Assembly (NCBI RefSeq): GCF_006345805.1
Contig: NC_043009.1
Location: 39,494,001-39,558,000 of the forward strand
DNA: 64,000 nucleotides
Direction of reading: 5' to 3'
Source: Octopus sinensis
Taxonomy: Eukaryota
Position numbers and translations under genes: made by a program. This document shows positions 41,421-52,600 of the stretch, in pieces. The notes under the pieces are model-generated. The model did no database searches and was not told where the DNA came from. It saw only the letters and a program-made list of their open reading frames with translations. Numbering within the stretch: the stretch's first letter is position 1; every line of letters starts with the position of its first letter.

Positions 41421-42245
41421 AAATTACACCGATAAGATGGTCAACATGACTTAAGTTTTTCTTTCTTCGTAGATATTACTATACTTTACATAGAGGGATT
41501 AGATGATCAACAGTTGGTAATGTTTCATAACAGATTATGTTGATTGTACATATTTTCTCCAGAAAATAAGTCATTTCTTAGATACTCGAAGTAGAGAGAA
41601 ACATCTTCAGAATTAGTTACCTTTTTTTCTATAAGGTATTACTACTATGATTCGTATTTCAGGATATTATGATAACATAAATAAACTAAAACATAATAAA
41701 GAAATCTAAATGTTTGCTTAAATTAAATTTAATCTCGTATTTATAGTTTTATTCACCCGAAGCAAAATATATTAAGATATTCGCATGAAATAATTATCCG
41801 AATGAACCAACCAATCTGTGTAGATTAAAACAACGGTTCATTCGTTGCCTCTCCTTGTACAAGATCTTTCTATAGAAAACTTTATTTACAACCGAGTTTC
41901 ATATATATAAATATATAAACCAGCATAATCGTATTTTGAACAAAGAAAGTACACAAGTAAAAAATATGATTTTCTATTAACTATACGCTTCAATAAAAGA
42001 TAGAATTGTAACATCCTAAAACGAGCTTAAAATTTTGTTTTCTACGCAATTATTTTAACTACCTATAAATATAAAACATAGAAAGATTTATTGATCCGCT
42101 CTCTCTTTCTTTACATCGCCCTCCCACTTTCTTTCACTTTCTCTCTAAAAGCAGTTACGTCAATGAAAATAAGAGAACTACATACATACATACATACATA
42201 CATACTTACATACATACATATATACATATATACATACATACATAC

Positions 42246-42300
<55 letters not shown>

Positions 42301-42362
42301 CATGTGTGTATATATTCATATACGGTATTTCAATTTGCATGTATATGTAATATATACATACT

Positions 42363-42444
<82 letters not shown>

Positions 42445-43009
42445 TGTAAATAAATATATATATATGTATATACACACATATATATATATATATGATACTG
42501 ACTTAATAAACTATGCTGAAGAATAAATGAACTAAGTTTACCAGACATTTAAACATACGTGTATCATAGCTTAAGAAATCGTTTTCTATTCTGGAAAAAA
42601 AAAAAGAGATGGAAAAAAAATATCTTCGCAGTTTCCTGCGAATGTAAACAAATTAGTCTGAAGCAACATACAAAAGATGAGGTCGAATAAGTCAAAAATC
42701 TCCAAGTCATATTGTTCTCGTATGTGAAAGGAAAAATATATCTTCATAAAACTAGGCGCATATATCATCAGAAGGCAACAATATATATATATATATTATA
42801 TATATATATATATGTGTGTGTGTATATATATATATGTGTGTGTGTGTGAGTTTGTGTGTACGTGCGTGTGGGTGTACGTGTGGGTGCATGTTTGTGTGTG
42901 TATGTATATATTTATGTATATATATACTCAAGCACACACGTACACACAAAGATACAAACACACATACACACAAACAAACCAGATAAATGTATATATATAT
43001 ATAGACAGA

Positions 43010-43014
43010 TAAAT

Positions 43015-43074
<60 letters not shown>

Positions 43075-43075
43075 T
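43010..43075. repeat. (GATA)n microsatellite without an insertion
   Basis: Direct inspection. Confidence 0.9.
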
Positions 43076-43204
43076 CATATATACATATATGATATACATA
43101 TAACATACTTATATACTTATATATATACATATATATAAGTATATATATACTTATATATATATACATATACATTTTATAGGGATATATGTAGCTATATGTG
43201 TATG

Positions 43205-43236
<32 letters not shown>

Positions 43237-43327
43237 TAGATAGATAGATAGATATAGATATATATATATTTATATATATAGATATATAAGGAAAATGCGC
43301 ATGCACACAGACGCGCAAATATGTGTG

Positions 43328-43359
<32 letters not shown>

Positions 43360-43847
43360 CTTAGTTCTATATTGAATTCACACTTGTATGCTAACCACTT
43401 TATCTCCAAGCTAACACTTGTAGTCGATATATTTTTACTTTCTTTTCGAAAAGATATATTGCCATTGTATGTATGCAAAATGTATGTGTGTATATTTGTG
43501 CATGTATGACCGTATATATATATATATACATATGCTCATGTATATGTGGAGATATGTTATACACACGCACACACTTGCACACATGCACGCACACACATAT
43601 TTATATATGTTTGAATATCAAAAACATCAATTCATATCAGTATTTTCTTCGTCTGTCCGCCTGTCAGTCAGAATTTTCAGTTTCTTTCCTTTCTTATAAA
43701 CAAAGACGAACCGTTATGAAAACAGCTAGTGTAAAGAAATGAGAAATTAGACACGTAGCAAATTTTCTATTTTTCTATTTAAACCAATTAAACACACTCC
43801 TAAAGAAACACACGTAATAGAAATACCACCATTTGTAACAAGACGAA

Positions 43848-43879
<32 letters not shown>

Positions 43880-43884
43880 GTATG

Positions 43885-43937
<53 letters not shown>

Positions 43938-44244
43938 CACCGTGATCACCGTGACCGACCAGGCTATCAGATGTTGCTACACATCGCTGGTCACAATGCA
44001 TTGTTTTTAGCCTTCAAATGATGGCACCTTGCTGGCCAACACGAGCAGGCCAACAGAAGAAAGAGCGAGAGAAAGTTGTGGCGAAAGAGTACAGCAGGGA
44101 TTGCCATCACCCCCTGTCGGAGCCTCGTGGAGCTTTGGGCATTTTCGCTCAATAAACACGCACAACCCTCGGTCTTTGAATCGAAACCGCGATCCTCCGA
44201 CAGCGATTCCGCTGCCCTAACCACTGGGCCATTGCGCCTCCACA
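43938..44244 (-). mobile_element. tRNA-derived SINE (distinct body) inserted in a TA tract
   Basis: Minus strand tgtggaggcgcaatggcccagtggttaggg (box A)...ggtttcgattc (box B); TA repeats on both sides. Confidence 0.8.
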
Positions 44245-44262
44245 TGCGTATATATATATATA

Positions 44263-44400
44263 CTGTTGTGTCTGGGGAGAGTCATTCTCTTTTAGTGCCT
44301 TATCATTTAACACACTCACCGGTAAAATTGCCACTTATTTCTTATTTTTATTTTCTAAAATTTTCGTTGCGTCTTATAATCTTGCAAACCAAATCCCAAA
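44263..44400 (+). mobile_element. DNA transposon terminus (same family as the 16044-16176 fold-back)
   Basis: ta|ctgttgtgtctggggagagtcattctcttttagtgccttat...aacacactcac matches the left arm of 16044-16176; no partner end seen downstream. Confidence 0.6.
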
Positions 44401-44422
44401 AAGGAATTATATATATATATAT

Positions 44423-45235
44423 ATCAACAATCAAGGAACGGCCATAATAGGCCATTCACCCACTAGAAATAACAGCCAAAGCTTCAACCGCAAATAAAAA
44501 TCAATTCCGTAAACCAGGAGAAAGTTTAAAAAACATTTACCCTGTAATTTCTTATACGATGCACCGTTTCATCTGCTGTTTAATGGTAAACTAACCTGAT
44601 TAAATTAAATCAAGCCAATCTTCATAGGCCCTCAGATTCTTCAGTAAGAAATAGCCAAGTCGGAACAGATATTTTCACGAGGCATTTCCGACCCTGCCAA
44701 GGCAATATCTGACCTAAAATTTTCAAATCATCGCACTCGCGCCAAATTATCGGCAGCAAATAAATACAAGCCGTCGATTCCATTACGGAATTTGCTGGTG
44801 GCAAAAAAATTCTACAAAATTTTTTTTGCCACCCTATATTGATTAATTATGAATTTTCTTGTTAATTCCGTAATGGAATCGACGGCTTATATTTATTTGC
44901 TGCCGATAAATTTGGCGCGAGTGCGATGATTTGAAAATTTTAGGTCAGATATTGCCTTGGCAGGGTCGGAAATGCCTCGTGAAAATATCTGTTCCGACTT
45001 GGCTATTTCTTACTGAAGAATCTGAGGGCCTATGGAAGATTGGCTTGATTTAATTTAATCAGGTTAGTTTACCATTAAACAGCAGATGAAACGGTGCATC
45101 GTATAAGAAATTACAGGGTAAATGTTTTTTAAATTTTCTCCTGGTTTACGGAATTGATTTTTATTTGCGGTTGAAGCTTTGGCTGTTATTTCTAGTGGGT
45201 GAATGGCCTATTATGGCCGTTCCTTGATTGTTGAT
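44423..45235. repeat. 370-bp inverted repeat with a 71-bp spacer
   Basis: 44423-44792 is the reverse complement of 44864-45235, with about four differences by eye. Confidence 0.95.
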
Positions 45236-45830
45236 GTTGTAACTTAAAAATGGTCTATGACTATTTAATTTTTTCCCACTAGGCCGCTGGTGGCAAAAAA
45301 ATTCTACAAAATTTTTTTTGCCACCCTATATTGATTAATTATGAATTTTCTTGTTAATTCCGTAATGGAATCGACGGCTTATATTTATTTGCTGCCGATA
45401 AATTTGGCGCGAGTGCGATGATTTGAAAATTTTAGGTCAGATATTGCCTTGGCAGGGTCGGAAATGCCTCGTGAAAATATCTGTCCCGACTTGGCTATTT
45501 CTTACTGAAGAATCTGAGGGCCTATTGAAGATTGGCTTGATTTAATTTAATCAGGTTAGTTTACCATTTAACAGCAGATGAAACGGTGCATCGTATAAGA
45601 AATTACAGGGTAAATGTTTTTTAAATTTTCTCCTGGTTTACGGAATTGATTTTTATTTGCGGTTGAAGCTTTGGCTGTTATTTCTAGTGGGTGAATGGCC
45701 TATTATGGCCGTTCCTTGATTGTTGATGTTGAACTTAAAAATGGTCTATGACTATTTAATTTTTTCCCACTAGGCCGCTGGTGGCAAAAAAATTCTACAA
45801 AATTTTTTTTGCCACCCTATATTGATTAAT

Positions 45831-45833
<3 letters not shown>
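44794..45833. repeat. about 492-bp tandem duplication (about 2.1 units)
   Basis: Hairpin ggtggcaaaaaaa...tttttttgccacc recurs at 44797, 45289 and 45780; the intervening units are nearly identical. Confidence 0.95.
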
Positions 45834-45868
<35 letters not shown>

Positions 45869-45912
45869 TATATATTATATATACATACATATATATATAT
45901 ATATACATATAC

Positions 45913-45959
<47 letters not shown>

Positions 45960-45964
45960 TACTG

Positions 45965-45995
<31 letters not shown>

Positions 45996-46033
45996 TACTG
46001 TATAATATATATATAGATATATATAATATAATA

Positions 46034-46075
<42 letters not shown>

Positions 46076-46078
46076 TAC

Positions 46079-46109
<31 letters not shown>

Positions 46110-46130
46110 ATTATATATTATATATACAAA
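45834..46130. repeat. degenerate (TA)n microsatellite
   Basis: Direct inspection. Confidence 0.9.
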
Positions 46131-46414
46131 TTATAATCTGCGATATTAGTGAACCACAGAAGACATTCTGATCCGAAGCCTCGGTGATGCTTTCTTTTCC
46201 GATGTCTTTTTCTTTCACTGGTGGTGCATTAGCATGGCCAGAATATTGGCGATATCATAGACATTGGCAATGTCAAGGACGTTAGCGATATTATGGGCAT
46301 TGGCGATGTTATGGACTTCACGAACATGCAGTGTGAATGAGTGAACGTAATAGAATCAACAATCAATATGTTTCAATATTCTTATATATATATATAGATG
46401 TTGTAGAGATTCAT

Positions 46415-46675
46415 ATGCGTAGGCGTGGCCATATGGTAGGAAGCTTGCTTTCCAACCGATGGCTCCAGATGTGGTCGCAGTGCGTAGCACCTTCGGCAAT
46501 CGTCTTCTGCTATAACCCAGGACGACCGAAGCCATGAGAATGTATTTGGTAGATGGAAACTGAAAGAAACCCGTTGTTTATTTACCTATTTGTGTGTGCG
46601 GGAATGTATGCATGTATGTATGGATGGATGGGTGTCTTTGTGTCATTATGTTTCTGTTCATTTCCCCATCCCTTG
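46415..46675 (+). mobile_element. SINE family B head and internal microsatellite, directly upstream of the satellite array
   Basis: gcgtaggcgtggccatatggtaggaagcttgc...gtcttctgctata...atttggtagatggaaactgaaagaa aligns with 10871-11035. Confidence 0.8.
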
Positions 46676-49600
46676 ACGGCCGATGTTGGTTTGTTTAAGT
46701 TCTGTAACTTAGCGATTCGGCAATTGTGAAGTATAGAATAAGTACGCGGCTAAAAAAGAAAAATAGAGAATCTATTCGTTCGATTGGAATCTTCCAAGGC
46801 GCTACCCAAGTACGGCCGATGCTGGTTTGTTTAAGTTCTGTAGCTTAGCGATTCGGCAATTGTGAAGTATAGAATAAGTACGCGGCTAAAAAAGAAAAAT
46901 AGAGAATCTATTCGTTCGATTGGAATCTTCCAAGGCGCTACCCAAGTACGGCCGATGTTGGTTTGTTTAAGTTCTGTAACTTAGCGATTCGGCAATTGTG
47001 AAGTATAGAATAAGTACGCGGCTAACAAAGAAAAATAGAGAATCTATTCGTTCGATTGGAATCTTCCAAGGCGCTACCCAAGTACGGCCGATGTTGGTTT
47101 GTTTAAGTTCTGTAACTTAGCGATTCGGCAATTGTGAAGTATAGAATAAGTACGCGGCTAACAAAGAAAAATAGAGAATCGATTCGTTCGATTGGAATCT
47201 TCCAAGGCGCTACCCAAGTACGGCCGATGTTGGTTTGTTTAAGTTCTGTAACTTAGCGATTCGGCAATTGTGAAGTATAGAATAAGTACGCGGCTAAAAA
47301 AGAAAAATAGAGAATCGATTCGTTCGATTGGAATCTTCCAAGGCGCTACCCAAGTACGGCCGATGTTGGTTTGTTTAAGTTCTGTAACTTAGCGATTCGG
47401 CAATTGTGAAGTATAGAATAAGTAAGCGGCTAAAAAAGAAAAATAGAGAATCGATTCGTTCGATTGGAATCTTCCAAGGCGCTACCCAAGTACGGCCGAT
47501 GCTGGTTTGTTTAAGTTCTGTAACTTAGCGATTCGGCAATTGTGAAGTATAGAATAAGTACGCGGCTAAAAAAGAAAAATAGAGAATCTATTCGTTCGAT
47601 TGGAATCTTCCAAGGCGCTACCCAAGTACGGCCGATGTTGGTTTGTTTAAGTTCTGTAGCTTAGCGATTCGGCAATTGTGAAGTATAGAATAAGTACGCG
47701 GCGCTAAAAAAGAAAAATAGAGAATCGATTCGTTCGATTGGAATCTCCAAGGCGCTACCCAAGTACGGCCGATGTTGGTTTGTTTAAGTTCTGTAACTTA
47801 GCGATTCGGCAATTGTGAAGTATAGAATAAGTACGCGGCTAAAAAAGAAAAATAGAGAATCGATTCGTTCGATTGGAATCTTCCAAGGCGCCACCCAAGT
47901 ACGGCCGATGTTGGTTTGTTTAAGTTCTGTAACTTAGCGATTCGGCAATTGTGAAGTATAGAATAAGTACGCGGCTAAAAAAGAAAAATAGAGAATCGAT
48001 TCGTTCGATTGGAATCTTCCAAGGCGCCACCCAAGTACGGCCGATGTTGGTTTGTTTAAGTTCTGTAACTTAGCGATTCGGCAATTGTGAAGTATAGAAT
48101 AAGTACGCGGCTAAAAAAGAAAAATAGAGAATCGATTCGTTCGATTGGAATCTTCCAAGGCGCCACCCAAGTACGGCCGATGTTGGTTTGTTTAAGTTCT
48201 GTAACTTAGCGATTCGGCAATTGTGAAGTATAGAATAAGTACGCGGCTAAAAAAGAAAAATAGAGAATCGATTCGTTCGATTGGAATCTTCCAAGGCGCC
48301 ACCCAAGTACGGCCGATGTTGGTTTGTTTAAGTTCTGTAACTTAGCGATTCGGCAATTGTGAAGTATAGAATAAGTACGCGGCTAAAAAAGAAAAATAGA
48401 GAATCGATTCGTTCGATTGGAATCTTCCAAGGCGCCACCCAAGTACGGCCGATGTTGGTTTGTTTAAGTTCTGTAACTTAGCGATTCGGCAATTGTGAAG
48501 TATAGAATAAGTACGCGGCTAAAAAAGAAAAATAGAGAATCGATTCGTTCGATTGGAATCTTCCAAGGCGCTGCCCAAGTACGGCCGATGTTGGTTTGTT
48601 TAAGTTCTGTAACTTAGCGATTCGGCAATTGTGAAGTATAGAATAAGTACGCGGCTAAAAAAGAAAAATAGAGAATCGATTCGTTCGATTGGAATCTTCC
48701 AAGGCGCTACCCAAGTACGGCCGATGTTGTTTGTTTGTTTAAGTTCTGTAACTTAGCGATTCGGCAATTGTGAAGTATAGATAAGTACGCGGCGGCTAAA
48801 AAAGAAAAATAGAGAATCGATTCGTTCGATTGGAATCTTCCAAGGCGCTACCCAAGTACGGCCGATGTTGGTTTGTTTAAGTTCTGTAACTTAGCGATTC
48901 GGCAATTGTGAAGTATAGAATAAGTACGCGGCTAAAAAAGAAAAATAGAGAATCGATTCGTTCGATTGGAATCTTCCAAGGCGCTACCCAAGTACGGCCG
49001 ATGTTGGTTTGTTTAAGTTCTGTAACTTAGCGATTCGGCAATTGTGAAGTATAGAATAAGTACGCGGCTAAAAAAGAAAAATAGAGAATCGATTCGTTCG
49101 ATTGGAATTCCAAGGCGCTACCCAAGTACGGCCGATGTTGGTTTGTTTAAGTTCTGTAACTTAGCGATTCGGCAATTGTGAAGTATAGAATAAGTAGGCG
49201 GCTAACAAAGAAAAATAGAGAATCGATTCGTTCGATTGGAATCTTCCAAGGCGCTACCCAAGTACGGCCGATGTTGGTTTGTTTAAGTTCTGTAACTTAG
49301 CGATTCGGCAATTGTGAAGTATAGAATAAGTACGCGGCTAAAAAAGAAAAATAGAGAATCGATTCGTTCGATTGGAATCTTCCAAGGCGCTACCCAAGTA
49401 CGGCCGATGTTGGTTTGTTTAAGTTCTGTAACTTAGCGATTCGGCAATTGTGAAGTATAGAATAAGTACGCGGCTCTAAAAAAGAAAAATAGAGAATCGA
49501 TTCGTTCGATTGGAATCTTCCAAGGCGCTACCCAAGTACGGCCGATGTTGGTTTGTTTAAGTTCTGTAACTTAGCGATTCGGCAATTGTGAAGTATAGAA

Positions 49601-52600
49601 TAAGTAGGCGGCTAACAAAGAAAAATAGAGAATCGATTCGTTCGATTGGAATCTTCCAAGGCGCTACCCAAGTACGGCCGATGTTGGTTTGTTTAAGTTC
49701 TGTAACTTAGCGATTCGGCAATTGTGAAGTATAGAATAAGTACGCGGCTAAAAAAGAAAAATAGAGAATCGATTCGTTCGATTGGAATCTTCCAAGGCGC
49801 TACCCAAGTACGGCCGATGTTGGTTTGTTTAAGTTCTGTAACTTAGCGATTCGGCAATTGTGAAGTATAGAATAAGTAGGCGGCTAACAAAGAAAAATAG
49901 AGAATCGATTCGTTCGATTGGAATCTTCCAAGGCGCTACCCAAGTACGGCCGATGTTGGTTTGTTTAAGTTCTGTAACTTAGCGATTCGGCAATTGTGAA
50001 GTATAGAATAAGTACGCGGCTAAAAAAGAAAAATAGAGAATCGATTCGTTCGATTGGAATCTTCCAAGGCGCTACCCAAGTACGGCCGATGTTGGTTTGT
50101 TTAAGTTCTGTAACTTAGCGATTCGGCAATTGTGAAGTATAGAATAAGTACGCGGCTAAAAAAGAAAAATAGAGAATCGATTCGTTCGATTGGAATCTTC
50201 CAAGGCGCTACCCAAGTACGGCCGATGTTGGTTTGTTTAAGTTCTGTAACTTAGCGATTCGGCAATTGTGAAGTATAGAATAAGTAGGCGGCTAAAAAAG
50301 AAAAATAGAGAATCGATTCGTTCGATTGGAATCTTCCAAGGCGCTACCCAAGTACGGCCGATGTTGGTTTGTTTAAGTTCTGTAACTTAGCGATTCGGCA
50401 ATTGTGAAGTATAGAATAAGTACGCGGCTAACAAAGAAAAATAGAGAATCGATTCGTTCGATTGGAATCTTCCAAGGCGCTACCCAAGTACGGCCGATGT
50501 TGTTTGTTTAAGTTCTGTAACTTAGCGATTCGGCAATTGTGAAGTATAGAATAAGTACGCGGCTAAAAAAAAAATAGAGAATCGATTCGTTCGATTGGAA
50601 TCTTCCAAGGCGCTACCCAAGTACGGCCGATGTTGGTTTGTTTAAGTTCTGTAACTTAGCGATTCGGCAATTGTGAAGTATAGAATAAGTACGCGGCTAA
50701 AAAAGAAAAATAGAGAATCGATTCGTTCGATTGGAATCTTCCAAGGCGCTACCCAAGTACGGCCGATGTTGGTTTGTTTAAGTTCTGTAACTTAGCGATT
50801 CGGCAATTGTGAAGTATAGAATAAGTACGCGGCTAAAAAAGAAAAATAGAGAATCGATTCGTTCGATTGGAATCTTCCAAGGCGCTACCCAAGTACGGCC
50901 GATGTTGGTTTGTTTAAGTTCTGTAACTTAGCGATTCGGCAATTGTGAAGTATAGAATAAGTACGCGGCTAAAAAAGAAAAATAGAGAATCGATTCGTTC
51001 GATTGGAATCTTCCAAGGCGCTACCCAAGTACGGCCGATGTTGGTTTGTTTAAGTTCTGTAACTTAGCGATTCGGCAATTGTGAAGTATAGAATAAGTAC
51101 GCGGCTCTAAAAAAGAAAAATAGAGAATCGATTCGTTCGATTGGAATCTTCCAAGGCGCTACCCAAGTACGGCCGATGTTGGTTTGTTTAAGTTCTGTAG
51201 CTTAGCGATTCGGCAATTGTGAAGTATAGAATAAGTACGCGGCTAAAAAAGAAAAATAGAGAATCGATTCGTTCGATTGGAATCTTCCAAGGCGCTACCC
51301 AAGTACGGCCGATGTTGGTTTGTTTAAGTTCTGCAACTTAGCGATTCGGCAATTGTGAAGTATAGAATAAGTACGCGGCTAAAAAAGAAAAATAGAGAAT
51401 CGATTCGTTCGATTGGAATCTTCCAAGGCGCTACCCAAGTACGGCCGATGTTGGTTTGTTTAAGTTCTGTAACTTAGCGATTCGGCAATTGTGAAGTATA
51501 GAATAAGTACGCGGCTAACAAAGAAAAATAGAGAATCGATTCGTTCGATTGGAATCTTCCAAGGCGCTACCCAAGTACGGCCGATGTTGGTTTGTTTAAG
51601 TTCTGTAACTTAGCGATTCGGCAATTTGAAGTATAGAATAAGTACGCGGCTAAAAAAGAAAAATAGAGAATCGATTCGTTCGATTGGAATCTTCCAAGGC
51701 GCTACCCAAGTACGGCCGATGTTGGTTTGTTTAAGTACTGTAGCTTAGCGATTCGGCAATTGTGAAGTATAGAATAAGTACGCGGCTAAAAAAGAAAAAT
51801 AGAGAATCGATTCGTTCGATTGGAATCTTCCAAGGCGCTACCCAAGTACGGCCGATGTTGGTTTGTTTAAGTTCTGCAACTTAGCGATTCGGCAATTGTG
51901 AAGTATAGAATAAGTACGCGGCTAACAAAGAAAAATAGAGAATCGATTCGTTCGATTGGAATCTTCCAAGGCGCTACCCAAGTACGGCCGATGTTGGTTT
52001 GTTTAAGTTCTGTAACTTAGCGATTCGGCAATTGTGAAGTATACAATAAGTACGCGGCTAACAAAGAAAAATAGAGAATCGATTCGTTCGATTGGAATCT
52101 TCCAAGGCGCTACCCAAGTACGGCCGATGTTGGTTTGTTTAAGTTCTGCAACTTAGCGATCGGCAATTGTGAAGTATAGAATAAGTACGCGGCTAACAAA
52201 GAAAAATAGAGAATCGATTCGTTCGATTGGAATCTTCCAAGGCGCTACCCAAGTACGGCCGATGTTGGTTTGTTTAAGTTCTGTAACTTAGCGATTCGGC
52301 AATTGTGAAGTATACAATAAGTACGCGGCTAAAAAAGAAAAATAGAGAATCGATTCGTTCGATTGGAATCTTCCAAGGCGCTACCCAAGTACGGCCGATG
52401 TTGGTTTGTTAAGTTCTGTAACTTAGCGATTCGGCAATTGTGAAGTATAGAATAAGTACGCGGCTAAAAAAGAAAAATAGAGAATCGATTCGTTCGATTG
52501 GAATCTTCCAAGGCGCTACCCAAGTACGGCCGATGTTGGTTTGTTTAAGTTCTGTAACTTAGCGATTCGGCAATTGTGAAGTATAGAATAAGTACGCGGC

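Noticed and set aside
45275-45296. CTCF-like motif (minus strand gccaccagcggcctag)
   Set aside because: Only the first half matches the consensus, and it overlaps the hairpin stem.
48140-48160. CENP-B box in the satellite (ttcgattggaa resembles TTCGTTGGAA)
   Set aside because: It needs a 1-nt insertion and lacks the essential CGGG half of the box.
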